From positions 608,001 to 672,000 of the forward strand of contig OZ223269.1 in NCBI GenBank assembly GCA_965140585.1: a stretch of 64,000 nt of DNA, given 5' to 3'. The translations under genes were made by a program, and so were the position numbers. Source of the stretch: Spirochaetia bacterium (GTDB taxonomy: Bacteria > Spirochaetota > Spirochaetia > UBA9216). Positions 1-8,907 of this stretch are shown here, piece after piece (the first letter of the stretch is position 1; the number at the start of each line of letters is the position of its first letter). Below the pieces are notes generated by a model. The model was not told the origin of the DNA. It saw only the letters and a program-made list of their open reading frames with translations, and searched no databases.

Positions 1-494
1 GCATCCCTCATAATTTCCGACTGATGAATAACTAGTGAAGGGGAGAGCCAGATATGCGGATCTTCAGTTTCACCTTCTTCATGGTCAGCGTCATGTTCTT
101 CATGATGCTCTTCACCTTCATCTTCGTGGGAATGAGCCTCAAGATGTCTTTTTTGAATTCCCTGTGATGTATCAACTATTCGGAGCTTTTTGCTGTCCCT
201 GACCGCAGGCAGAAAGGCAGCTTCAAATGGAACGCCGATAGTAAAAAGTAAATCGGATTTTCCAAGTTTAATTACCTGATCAGGTGTGGGTTCATATGTT
301 GCCGGACTTTTACCAGGACCTACAAGGTAATTTACCTCAACTCTATCTCCGCCTATTTTTTCAACAAAGAATTTTTGAGGAATAAGGCTTGTAAACACCG
401 ATATTTTTGTGTTCTCAGTGCTTTCTTGAGAACCTGATGCAAAAACGACTGCTGCTGTTAATACCAGCAATAAGATTACTAGTGCTCTTTTCAT
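1..494 (-). CDS. znuA: Zinc ABC transporter substrate-binding protein (ZnuA/TroA family), 3' end outside window
   Basis: ATG at 494 with AGGAG RBS. Translates MKRALVILLLVLTAAVVFASGSQE..., with SLIPQKFFVEKIGG, PGKSPATYEP and a His/Glu-rich loop HSHEDEGEEHHEEHDADHEE followed by DPHIWLSP. Confidence 0.85.
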   Translation of the reverse strand, partial: MKRALVILLLVLTAAVVFASGSQESTENTKISVFTSLIPQKFFVEKIGGDRVEVNYLVGPGKSPATYEPTPDQVIKLGKSDLLFTIGVPFEAAFLPAVRDSKKLRIVDTSQGIQKRHLEAHSHEDEGEEHHEEHDADHEEGETEDPHIWLSPSLVIHQSEIMRD

Positions 495-506
495 ATTTTA
501 CTCCTG

Positions 507-529
507 TAAATGCGAAACATTTGCAATTA
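507..529. promoter_or_regulatory. Putative Zur/Fur box 1 (TAAATGCGAAACATTTGCAATTA)
   Basis: 23-bp imperfect palindrome present three times in this zinc locus; abuts the znuA -10. Confidence 0.75.
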
Positions 530-557
530 TATTACGGAGAAAAATATTAATAGTCAA
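529..557 (-). promoter_or_regulatory. sigma70 promoter of znuA
   Basis: TTGACT-17 nt-TAATAT on the minus strand. Confidence 0.65.
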
Positions 558-560
558 GAC

Positions 561-583
561 TAAATGCGAATTATTTGCAATTA
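561..583. promoter_or_regulatory. Putative Zur/Fur box 2 (TAAATGCGAATTATTTGCAATTA)
   Basis: 21/23 identical to box 1; overlaps the last codons and stop of the Fur-family gene. Confidence 0.7.
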
Positions 584-984
584 GAACAGATTCCGGAAAA
601 CTGTATCGATGCGTCTTCTATTGTATGTTCATGGTAGAGAGTTTTAACTGAGTCAAGAACATTCTGGGGAATTTCCGTAAGGCAGATTATCTGTCCGCAA
701 ATTCTGCATGCAAGATGCGGATGAACAGGATTATGTATACAGGACCGTTCATACAGACGTTCCTCGCTTTCGGTTAAAATTTCACGAATAATGTCATTTT
801 CTTTAAAAAGGCTTACAATTCGATACAGAGTAGCCAGATCCATAGTCTCCTTGAGTTGGCTGTGAAGACCGGCAACCGTGAAAGGTGATTTTAAATCTAT
901 TATCAGTTGAAGAACTGAAATTCTCTGATTAGTCTTTTTAATATTATTATCTGTTAAAACCTTAACAGGATCGCAGGATTCCAT
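571..984 (-). CDS. zur: Fur-family transcriptional repressor, probably Zur
   Basis: TNQR..VL and LATLYR helix, HPHLACRICG and C-terminal CSNC zinc motifs; zinc-uptake context. Confidence 0.8.
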   Translation of the reverse strand: MESCDPVKVLTDNNIKKTNQRISVLQLIIDLKSPFTVAGLHSQLKETMDLATLYRIVSLFKENDIIREILTESEERLYERSCIHNPVHPHLACRICGQIICLTEIPQNVLDSVKTLYHEHTIEDASIQFSGICSNCK

Positions 985-987
985 AGA

Positions 988-1740
988 TTAGTCTCCGTTA
1001 TAGAATGGATATACATACGGACTGTCGGCTGCACCTGTTTCGGTTATTTGATCGACATAAATTACCGGATAAATATCAGTGCCGGAAGTCAGAGTGAGAT
1101 TTTTAAGTCCCAATGTACCGTTTATATCATACCATTTATTTTCGTCAAATGTAAAATCACACTGATGTAAAATGCATACAAAACCAACAATGGAAGCATC
1201 AGCGGCGCAGCAGTACATATTTAGACGGGCAATGATAAAAAGCGGTTCTTCAAGCATATCAGGACGCATTGTGAAACCTTTTATATTAATTTTCTTACCT
1301 TCATACAATGCAGGATTGTCGTAGATATCATAAATGTATCTGACATAGTTTAAATCATCCATACTTATAACAGAATTATCTGCTAAATGTTGTCTGCCTT
1401 CTGCAGAGGCAGAATTATTTTTTACTGAAAATGTACGTAGTGAAGATATCCGCTCCTGAAAATTCTCATAAGAGATAAAATAGAAGGCTGTACTGATTAT
1501 AAGCATAAGAATCCTGCTGACGGAAGAACCTGATACCCGATAAAAGCCGGAGATGTTTTTAAGTGAAATTAAAAAGAATGCAAAAATTATTACTGCCGAT
1601 ATAAAAATAAACTTTTGGTAAATCGGTCTGACCAGAATCCCGTCTTTTCCTGTTATCAGAAGCATAAGCAGAGAGAAGCAAAGAAAAAGCAGAAGAAGAG
1701 ATTGAGATAATCCGGAAATTATATTTCTGATTCTGTTCAT
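988..1740 (-). CDS. YcgQ/TIGR03943-like membrane protein
   Basis: N-terminal TM helices, then YEGKKINIKGF, ARLNMYCCAADA and a C-terminal PYVYP motif. Confidence 0.8.
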   Translation of the reverse strand: MNRIRNIISGLSQSLLLLFLCFSLLMLLITGKDGILVRPIYQKFIFISAVIIFAFFLISLKNISGFYRVSGSSVSRILMLIISTAFYFISYENFQERISSLRTFSVKNNSASAEGRQHLADNSVISMDDLNYVRYIYDIYDNPALYEGKKINIKGFTMRPDMLEEPLFIIARLNMYCCAADASIVGFVCILHQCDFTFDENKWYDINGTLGLKNLTLTSGTDIYPVIYVDQITETGAADSPYVYPFYNGD

Positions 1741-2669
1741 AAACCTGCCCGCCTGATTATAATTTCTGAAAACACAGAGTAAGAGAGTACAAGCAGGGCA
1801 GTGATTACAATGAGCTTGAATATAAATCTTTTTTTGAATGTTACCGAAAGCATCAATGTTGTTTTGATGTCAAACATTGCTCCAAAAATTAGAAAAGTCA
1901 GCACTGAAGAACTTGAAAACAGATCAGAAAATGACCTGGCAATAAAGGCGTCAGTATAGCTGCATACCGATAGTACATAGGGAAGTCCCAGCATAAAAAA
2001 ATTGGAAAGGGGAAAATTATCATTAAAAAACAGGAGCAGACTGTCTTTCATATTCAGCCTGAGCACTGAGGTTATAAGAATTCCAAAGATGAAATAACCT
2101 CCGGTACTGAAAAAATCCGACACAGTATGTGCAAGTGCATCTGAAATCTTTTCTTTAAATGGTTTTGCATTTGAATTACTGTTACACCCGTAGCTGTTGC
2201 AGCGGCAGCTGCTTTCATGTCCCATCTCGGTGTAACCGGGTAGAAGCATTTCTGATTCCTGATAGGAAGTTTTGAGATAAAATCCGACAATTACAGGAAT
2301 TATTATTCCTCCGAGAGTCCTGAAGAGCGGAATCCAGAGATTATCGTAAAAAGCGTACGCGGTTCCGGTAATTGCAATTATATTGATCAGCGGTGATGCC
2401 AGCATCAGCGTCAAAGCCAGATATACTGGTACTCCTTTTTTGATTAACCGTGAAATTACCGGTACTATTCCGCATTCGCAAACCGGAATAAAAAGACCGA
2501 TGAATGCTGCCGCAAAAATAGATACAGTGCTGTTTCGGGGCAGAAACCTGCTGAAAAAATCATCAGGTACAAATGCTTCAATGAATCCTGAAACTATCAC
2601 TCCTATTAAAAGGAAAAACAGGCCTTCAAGAAAAATGCTGACGGCCGCAGTTGCATATGCCTGGATCAT
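1737..2669 (-). CDS. YcgR/DUF318-like permease
   Basis: IPVCECGIVP and SVCSYTDAFIA motifs, multiple TM helices, Cys/His-rich loop; paired with the YcgQ-like gene. Confidence 0.85.
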   Translation of the reverse strand: MIQAYATAAVSIFLEGLFFLLIGVIVSGFIEAFVPDDFFSRFLPRNSTVSIFAAAFIGLFIPVCECGIVPVISRLIKKGVPVYLALTLMLASPLINIIAITGTAYAFYDNLWIPLFRTLGGIIIPVIVGFYLKTSYQESEMLLPGYTEMGHESSCRCNSYGCNSNSNAKPFKEKISDALAHTVSDFFSTGGYFIFGILITSVLRLNMKDSLLLFFNDNFPLSNFFMLGLPYVLSVCSYTDAFIARSFSDLFSSSSVLTFLIFGAMFDIKTTLMLSVTFKKRFIFKLIVITALLVLSYSVFSEIIIRRAGL

Positions 2670-2695
2670 AAATACCTCTTGAACTAAAAATAGAG

Positions 2696-2718
2696 TAAAT
2701 GCGAAACATTTGCAACTA
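2696..2718. promoter_or_regulatory. Putative Zur/Fur box 3 (TAAATGCGAAACATTTGCAACTA)
   Basis: 22/23 identical to box 1; upstream of the permease start. Confidence 0.75.
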
Positions 2719-2782
2719 ACTTTAGTGTAAAATATTGATTGAAAAAAAACTCTGTGCTAAGTTGAGAAATAAGGAGATTTAA

Positions 2783-3289
2783 ATGTCATTTAAACTTATT
2801 AAACCTGAAGAACTGCAGGTAAATCCGTTTAACGATATTGGAAACAGGTGGATGCTTCTTGCTGCAGGAGATGAATCATCCTTTAATTTTATGACCGTCA
2901 GCTGGGGAATGCTTGGTGTTATCTGGTCTAAACCCGCAGTTCAGGCCTATGTAAGAGACAGCCGCTTTACGAAGGAATTAATGGACAAACATGATTCTTT
3001 TTCTCTTTCTGTCCTTAAACCGGGTTATGAAAAAGCTCTTCAGATTGCTGGCTCAAAATCAGGGCGGGATATTGATAAGGTTAAAGAAACCGGATTAACG
3101 CCCGTTTTTCAGGGTGAGGTTCCGATGTTCGAGGAAGCTGAATACACTATTATCAGCAAAAAAGTTTATACGGATTTCATGCCGGCTGGAAATTTTATAG
3201 ATAAGAATATTATTGAAAAGGCTTATCCCGGCGGAGACTTTCATACGCTTTATATCGGACATATAACAGAGGTATATCTATATCAGTAG
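2783..3289 (+). CDS. Flavin reductase-like / flavoredoxin family protein
   Basis: NFMTVSWG, VRDSRFT, GSKSGRDIDK, DFHTLYIG motifs; AAGGAG RBS; promoter TTGATT-17-TAAGTT at 2735-2763. Confidence 0.85.
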   Translation: MSFKLIKPEELQVNPFNDIGNRWMLLAAGDESSFNFMTVSWGMLGVIWSKPAVQAYVRDSRFTKELMDKHDSFSLSVLKPGYEKALQIAGSKSGRDIDKVKETGLTPVFQGEVPMFEEAEYTIISKKVYTDFMPAGNFIDKNIIEKAYPGGDFHTLYIGHITEVYLYQ

Positions 3290-3296
3290 GAGAGAA

Positions 3297-3321
3297 GGGC
3301 TGACAGTGAGGCAGTCAGCCC
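3297..3321. terminator. Stem-loop between convergent genes
   Basis: GGGCTGAC-9 nt-GTCAGCCC; no clear U-tract. Confidence 0.45.
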
Positions 3322-3333
3322 AGCCTTAATGAA

Positions 3334-3618
3334 TCAGATTTTTACAGCCTCATTTACTTCGGTAAAATCTGATTCTATCAATGTTTTTAATTCGGCCAGG
3401 GCCTGTTCTTCATCAGGTCCGTCGGCTGTTATTTTAATTTCATCATCCTGAGAGACGTTAAGTAATATTATCTTGATTATTGTTTTTGCATTTGCAGATT
3501 TTTCACCCTTGTAAACGGTAATTGCAGATTCAAACAGCTTGGCAGTTCTTACAAAAACATCAGCAGGTCTAGAGTGAAGGCCTGTATCATTTTTCACAGT
3601 AATAAGCAGTTCTTTCAT
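3334..3618 (-). CDS. ptsH: HPr phosphocarrier protein
   Basis: GLHSRPA (His15), NAKT at the Ser46 position, ADGPDEEQAL. Confidence 0.92.
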   Translation of the reverse strand: MKELLITVKNDTGLHSRPADVFVRTAKLFESAITVYKGEKSANAKTIIKIILLNVSQDDEIKITADGPDEEQALAELKTLIESDFTEVNEAVKI

Positions 3619-3776
3619 TGTACATTCTCCTTGCGTTTCTTTTTACGGCGAAAAATTATCATGATAATACCGTATGAAATAATTATAATATTTATAATCA
3701 GCTGATGGGCCAGGTAGAAATCAAGTATTGCGGTTCCCCACTCACCAAGCAGCGATTTGGACATTTCAAGAAACAT
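3615..3776 (-). CDS. Small single-pass membrane protein (53 aa), not in ORF track
   Basis: MFLEMSKSLLGEWGTAILDFYLAHQLIINIIIISYGIIMIIFRRKKKRKENVQ*. AGGA RBS, starts 8 nt after the deoR stop, and its TGA overlaps the ptsH ATG (ATGA). Confidence 0.75.
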   Translation of the reverse strand: MFLEMSKSLLGEWGTAILDFYLAHQLIINIIIISYGIIMIIFRRKKKRKENVQ

Positions 3777-3784
3777 AAACTATC

Positions 3785-4552
3785 CTATACACAGATTATT
3801 TTTACTTTTTCTGATTCTATATTCTTTTTAATTTTGTCACTCAATTTACTGTCGGTAATAACCAGGTCCAGTTTCGACAGATCGCATAGATAATTGAAAC
3901 AGACATTCCCGAATTTGGTTGAATCGGCAATGAATATTATTTCCTTTGCAATGTCCATCATACGGCTGATAAGCGGATTCATGGAGGAGTCGAAGTAGGT
4001 AAGGCCGTATTCCGGATCTATCCCGTCAGATGTCAAAAACAGTTTATCTGCATACTGAACCCCGCAGAGAAGATCACTGTTGATATTCCTGATGCTGGAA
4101 TACTGTTTTTCAACTTCACCTCCCAGAAGAAACAGGCTGATATTTTCAAGTTTGGAAAGCTCAAGCGACAGGGTAAGAGAATTGGTAATTACCCTGAAGT
4201 TGAAATCAAGTCCGCCGAAAATTCTGCCGGCAAGATTTGTAATAACTCCCGGTGCTATAAGTATTGTTTCATGCTCGTTAATAAGAGTTGAACAGTATTC
4301 GGCTATCTGTACCTTTTCATTAATGGCTGTTGCAAGCATATCCTCACGGCTGGGCCCGGCATAATCTTTAATGAAGTATATTTCACCGCCGATTGCCTGC
4401 ATTACCTGCCCTGAGTTCTCCAGTATTTTTATGTCACGTCTAATAGTTGCTGTGGAAACTTTGAATTTACGGGCTAGATTTTCAAGAGTAGTATTATCCT
4501 CAATTCTGAGTATCTCTATTATGCCTTTAAGTCTTTCCCTTTTGTTCTTCAT
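3785..4552 (-). CDS. DeoR/GlpR-family transcriptional regulator
   Basis: VSTATIRRDI HTH; VITNSL and ADSTKFG in the sugar-phosphate sensing domain. Confidence 0.92.
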   Translation of the reverse strand: MKNKRERLKGIIEILRIEDNTTLENLARKFKVSTATIRRDIKILENSGQVMQAIGGEIYFIKDYAGPSREDMLATAINEKVQIAEYCSTLINEHETILIAPGVITNLAGRIFGGLDFNFRVITNSLTLSLELSKLENISLFLLGGEVEKQYSSIRNINSDLLCGVQYADKLFLTSDGIDPEYGLTYFDSSMNPLISRMMDIAKEIIFIADSTKFGNVCFNYLCDLSKLDLVITDSKLSDKIKKNIESEKVKIICV

Positions 4553-4559
4553 CCGCTCC

Positions 4560-4895
4560 CTACAGAAGATGGAATAAACCTACGGTTTTTTTCGTACCGC
4601 AGTTTTCATTGAATTTCTCAGCAGCAGCCTCCGCCTTATCGACAAACACTTCAATGCCTGCAGATTCCAGAGTCTTGACTGCATCATCGCTAATTGAAAG
4701 CGGCATGACAAAACCGGTCCCCACAACCACCAGTTCAGGTTTAAAAGCAATTACCGCTTCAAGGTCACAGCTTTCAATACGGTTCCGGTTTTTTATCCAC
4801 CATTTAGTGTCCATATGATCCGGATAAACTATGGTGTCAGATCTGGAAACCTTGCCCTTAAACAGAAGCTTACCCATTGATATAGATTCAATCAT
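4560..4895 (-). CDS. Mth938/AAMDC-like (DUF498) domain protein
   Basis: MIESISMG..., SDTIVYPD..WW, PELVVVGTG and C-terminal GLFHL pattern; 111 aa. Confidence 0.75.
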   Translation of the reverse strand: MIESISMGKLLFKGKVSRSDTIVYPDHMDTKWWIKNRNRIESCDLEAVIAFKPELVVVGTGFVMPLSISDDAVKTLESAGIEVFVDKAEAAAEKFNENCGTKKTVGLFHLL

Positions 4896-4897
4896 TG

Positions 4898-5179
4898 TCA
4901 GTCCTTGATATACGATATAATTTTTTCAATGTCGGCATCAATACCGATTCCTGTTAAAAAAGACAGGGTCTGAATGACAGGTATATCACCGACATCCCCG
5001 ACCGGTGTAGTTGTAACAATAAGGTCAACGCCGTCAAGTTTTGACGGTACTTCTGAAGCCTTGCACTGTACGAAAGTAGGGTTAATACCCTTCTGTCCAA
5101 GTAATTCTTCAATTTTTCTAAGCACTACTGTAGAGGTTGCAACTGCAGTTCCGCAGGATACAAGTATCTTTTTAGCCAT
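4898..5179 (-). CDS. gatB: PTS galactitol-family EIIB
   Basis: KKILVSCGTAVATST phosphorylation loop; FLTGIG. Confidence 0.88.
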   Translation of the reverse strand: MAKKILVSCGTAVATSTVVLRKIEELLGQKGINPTFVQCKASEVPSKLDGVDLIVTTTPVGDVGDIPVIQTLSFLTGIGIDADIEKIISYIKD

Positions 5180-5194
5180 TCCTTTCCTCCTGGT

Positions 5195-6919
5195 TTAGCT
5201 GATTAGAGATTTTAAAAAAAACTTAATCTCATCCTCGCTTGTCATTAATAATACCTTATCTGCCGCATTTTTGCAGTCAGAATATTTCAAACTTCTAATA
5301 ATTGATATTGCTTCGGGAATCATTGAAGCAGTCATACTTAATTCATCAATACCAAGCCCAATAAGCAGAGGAATTGCAAGAGCATTCCCTCCAAGTTCTC
5401 CGCAGACTCCAGCCCATTTCCCATTTTTATGTGCGGCTTCGGCAGTCTGGTTGATGGCTCGGAAAACTGCAGGACTGAACATTCGGTAATAGGATGACAC
5501 ATCCTCATTTATACGGTCCGCACACAGAAGATACTGGGTTAAGTCATTTGTTCCGAGGCTTATAAAATCACCCTCCCTGGTAAGGAGGTCAGACAGCAGA
5601 ACTGCAGCAGGGGTTTCAACCATAGTTCCGATTTCAACTGATTCAGAAAATTTGATTCCGGACTCAGACAGCTCTGATCTGATTTCTGTAATTAGTTTTT
5701 TAGCTTCAATAAGTTCCGAAAGATCGGCGACCATCGGAAACATAATTTTAATATTTCCAAATACCGATGCTCTTAATATTGCTCTCAGCTGAGTTCTAAA
5801 TATTTCACGGTATTTTAAACTGACCCGGATTCCCCGCAAGCCGAGAAATGGATTTTCCTCCTCAGGCAGTTCAAAACACTTCACTTCCTTGTCTCCGCCG
5901 ATATCGAGAGTTCGTACTATCAGCATTCCACCGTCAAGTTTCTCTGCAGCTGATTTATAAAAATTAAACTGTTTCTCTTCATCCGGTAGTACCGTGGTAT
6001 CAAGAAAGAAAAACTCCGTTCGAAGAAGTCCCACACTTTTTGCCCCGAAGGTCAGTGCATTATCCAAATCTTCTATAGAGCCTATATTAGCGGATAGTAT
6101 TATTTCCCTACCATCCTCGGTAACCGGCTTAAGATTTTTCATTAAGCCGATCTTGGCGGTATGCTCTCTCTGTTTTATAAGCTTATTATTAAAGCTGTTT
6201 CTTTCTTCTGCAGAAGGTGAGGTGAAAATAACGGCTTTTTCAGGATCTGTTGTATCAAGGAAAGCTTCTTCGCCATGCTGAATCTTTGAGCAAATTCCTG
6301 AAACTCCGACCGCTGCAGGTATGCCCAGACTCTTGGACAGAATTGCAACATGTGATGTTACTCCGCCTTTTTCGGTTATAATACCGGCTGTATTGGCCCT
6401 GTTCATCTTTGCGGTATCCGAAGGCATCAAATCTTCAGCAATAACTATTGATTCAGGTGGAACTTCTGCAAGGCTGCTTTCAGGCAGACCAAGCAGATTC
6501 CTGAGAATCCTTGTATAAACATCATTGAGATCCGCGAGTCTTTGCCGGTTGTAGTCATCCTCATCCATGCAGCTGAAAGCCTCAGAATATCCTTCAAATA
6601 TCATTTTCAATGCGGCTTCTGCACAAATATGTTCGTCAGTTATTATTTCTGCTATTTCAGACTTAAACTCGTCATCTTCAATCATTGTCATCTGGGCTCT
6701 GAAGATATGTCCGTAATCTTCACCCAGCTCATCTGAGAATGAATCCTTAATCCGGGCAAGTTCACTGAATGCCTGATTAAAGGAGCTGTTTAGACGATTA
6801 ATTTCTATATCGGTATCTTTTACTGTACATGTCTCGAACTCAAGGTTCTGCTGCCTGTACACAAAGGCTCTGCCTGTGCAGAGCCCGCCGGATGCACTTC
6901 TTCCTGTAAATAGATTCAT
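5195..6919 (-). CDS. ptsI: PEP-protein phosphotransferase (PTS enzyme I)
   Basis: GGVTSHVAIL (phospho-His), RTLDIGGDK, ENPFLGLRG, SLGTNDLTQY, VCGELGG. Confidence 0.95.
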   Translation of the reverse strand: MNLFTGRSASGGLCTGRAFVYRQQNLEFETCTVKDTDIEINRLNSSFNQAFSELARIKDSFSDELGEDYGHIFRAQMTMIEDDEFKSEIAEIITDEHICAEAALKMIFEGYSEAFSCMDEDDYNRQRLADLNDVYTRILRNLLGLPESSLAEVPPESIVIAEDLMPSDTAKMNRANTAGIITEKGGVTSHVAILSKSLGIPAAVGVSGICSKIQHGEEAFLDTTDPEKAVIFTSPSAEERNSFNNKLIKQREHTAKIGLMKNLKPVTEDGREIILSANIGSIEDLDNALTFGAKSVGLLRTEFFFLDTTVLPDEEKQFNFYKSAAEKLDGGMLIVRTLDIGGDKEVKCFELPEEENPFLGLRGIRVSLKYREIFRTQLRAILRASVFGNIKIMFPMVADLSELIEAKKLITEIRSELSESGIKFSESVEIGTMVETPAAVLLSDLLTREGDFISLGTNDLTQYLLCADRINEDVSSYYRMFSPAVFRAINQTAEAAHKNGKWAGVCGELGGNALAIPLLIGLGIDELSMTASMIPEAISIIRSLKYSDCKNAADKVLLMTSEDEIKFFLKSLIS

Positions 6920-7402
6920 TTATTCAGCCTTTAAGTTCTTTCCGACGTTGGTTTTTAATATTTCGTAGATTTCAGTTTCATCAGAAGAATCAACAAGGGC
7001 CTGGAGAACATCATTGTCCTGATATGTTGTGATAAGGGTTTCAAGCAAGTCGCCTATCTTCTTCTTCTCTTTCAGTGCAAACATCGAAATAAGTCTGACA
7101 GGTATTTTTTCCTCAGGTGCTCCCATAACAGAAAATTCAACTTCATTGTTAAGTCTGGCAAAACAGATAACAGACTGATTTACATGATCTGCATCAGTAT
7201 GAGGTATCGCTATCTTGAGTATTTCCATCGGAAGGCCTGAAGGATAATTGGCTTCCCTGTCCTGGATTGCCTGTATATATGATTCTTTTACATATCCCTT
7301 GTCATACAGATGTCTGGCCATTATGTCCAGTGCGGCTTCTTTGGAGGGGACTTCAATATTCCCTAGGATGCAGTCTTCTTTTAATATATCTTCAATTTTC
7401 AT
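6920..7402 (-). CDS. gatA: PTS EIIA (Fru/Mtl/Gat type)
   Basis: REANYPSGL and IAIPHTD phospho-His motif. Confidence 0.88.
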   Translation of the reverse strand: MKIEDILKEDCILGNIEVPSKEAALDIMARHLYDKGYVKESYIQAIQDREANYPSGLPMEILKIAIPHTDADHVNQSVICFARLNNEVEFSVMGAPEEKIPVRLISMFALKEKKKIGDLLETLITTYQDNDVLQALVDSSDETEIYEILKTNVGKNLKAE

Positions 7403-7422
7403 GTTTACCCCTCAGTTGGAAA

Positions 7423-7440
7423 CCCGCCCCGAAGGGCGGG
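7423..7440 (-). terminator. Intra-operon C(UUCG)G tetraloop hairpin
   Basis: Minus strand CCCGCCC-TTCG-GGGCGGG followed by only TTT. Confidence 0.55.
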
Positions 7441-7449
7441 AGATTATTT

Positions 7450-8847
7450 TTATTCTGTTTTTTCTGCGTCGTATCCTGCAATTTTATGCATGGCTTCAGG
7501 TTTCTTTTTAAGGATTACCCAGAGCACTACAATTACAGCTACTATAATTATATTTCCGACCCAGAAATACTTTGAAGCAGCAAGAAAAAGTGCTGAAATC
7601 CAGTTTCCGCCGTCACATATTGATGTAATAAGATTTGCACCTTCAGGAAGGGTAAAATCTGCAGCGATTGCAGCGGCTGTTGTACCTTCAGCAAGATAAT
7701 TCATTATATATATGGAAGGAATCATAAAAATTGTAGAAACCACAACAGATCTGAATACGTTAGCCTTAACAATAGGAATTACCATTGCAACAAGAAAGGG
7801 GATAACTGCAAGGTCGCCGAAAGGAATAACCTTGTTTCCGGGAAGTATTATTGCAAGAATGAGAGTAATAGGAACCATCAGAAGACCGGTAGCAATAGCA
7901 GTAGGATGGCCTACTATGATTGCAGAATCGAGTCCGATGTAAATTTCCCTGTCTCCGGCTTTTTTCTGAAGAAAATCTCTGGCTGCATCAGATAGCGGTA
8001 TAAGACCTTCCATCAGAAGTGAAACCATTCGAGGCATAAGAACCATAACGGCACCGAGAGATATAGCGGTTGAAAGCATTTTTCCAAGCCAGTCAGTCCA
8101 GGGGCCGACACCAAGGTAGGCCACTGCTGAGAGAATAAGACCAATCATAACACCCATTATGAGAGGTTCACCCATAAGTCCGAATTTCTTTTTAACAGTG
8201 TCAGGATCACCCTTTATGTCCTTGATACCGGGGATGACATCAATAATTTTATTTATGATAATTGCGAATGGCACAGGTGCAGCTGAAAATGCGTGGGGAA
8301 TAGATATTCCCGGAAGCCCCATAGTCTGCTGAATAGCAGGCGCGGTCCAGTCTGCAAAAAACAGCAGAGCGGCTGCTACAATAAGAGCTGAGATAAGTCC
8401 GTACCAGATGTTGCCGGTTGCCCACTGTACAAGTCCGCCGACGAAAGCAAAATGCCAGAAGTTCCAGATATCAATGTTGATTGTTTTTGTTACCCTGGTA
8501 AAAAGGAGCAGAAGGTTCAAAAGTATACCCGCAGGAATTATAAGGGTAGAAATTTTTGAACCGAATGCGATAGACGCACAGGCAGGCCAGCCGACATCAA
8601 TAATATCAAGCTGCAGCCCGAAACGCTCTACCATTGACTGGGAAACAGGTCCGATATTGCTGGACAGTAACCCGATAATGAGATTAAGACCAATAAAACC
8701 AACACCGAACATTAGTGATGATCTTATTGCTTTCCCTGGTTTCGCCCCGAATATAATTGAAATTATAAACAGGATGATCGGGAGGAGGACAGATGCTCCG
8801 AGGCCGAGAAAAAAATCGACCACTGATTGTAATGCACCAAGTTCCAT
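7450..8847 (-). CDS. gatC: PTS galactitol-family EIIC permease
   Basis: IDVGWP, NIDIWNFWHFAF, IYIGLDSAI, LPGNKVIPFGDL. Start placed at ATG 8847 behind AAGGAG. Confidence 0.93.
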   Translation of the reverse strand: MELGALQSVVDFFLGLGASVLLPIILFIISIIFGAKPGKAIRSSLMFGVGFIGLNLIIGLLSSNIGPVSQSMVERFGLQLDIIDVGWPACASIAFGSKISTLIIPAGILLNLLLLFTRVTKTINIDIWNFWHFAFVGGLVQWATGNIWYGLISALIVAAALLFFADWTAPAIQQTMGLPGISIPHAFSAAPVPFAIIINKIIDVIPGIKDIKGDPDTVKKKFGLMGEPLIMGVMIGLILSAVAYLGVGPWTDWLGKMLSTAISLGAVMVLMPRMVSLLMEGLIPLSDAARDFLQKKAGDREIYIGLDSAIIVGHPTAIATGLLMVPITLILAIILPGNKVIPFGDLAVIPFLVAMVIPIVKANVFRSVVVSTIFMIPSIYIMNYLAEGTTAAAIAADFTLPEGANLITSICDGGNWISALFLAASKYFWVGNIIIVAVIVVLWVILKKKPEAMHKIAGYDAEKTE

Positions 8848-8878
8848 ATTTTCTCCTTTTCTAATCAAAATTTAATTC

Positions 8879-8907
8879 AGGATAAACCCGAAAAATTGAT
8901 CTGTCAA
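8879..8907 (-). promoter_or_regulatory. sigma70 promoter of PTS operon
   Basis: TTGACA-17 nt-TATCCT. Confidence 0.7.

Noticed and set aside
3696-3780. Possible tRNA or ncRNA in the deoR-ptsH gap
   Set aside because: No cloverleaf or T-loop; the gap is fully explained by the 53-aa minus-strand ORF.
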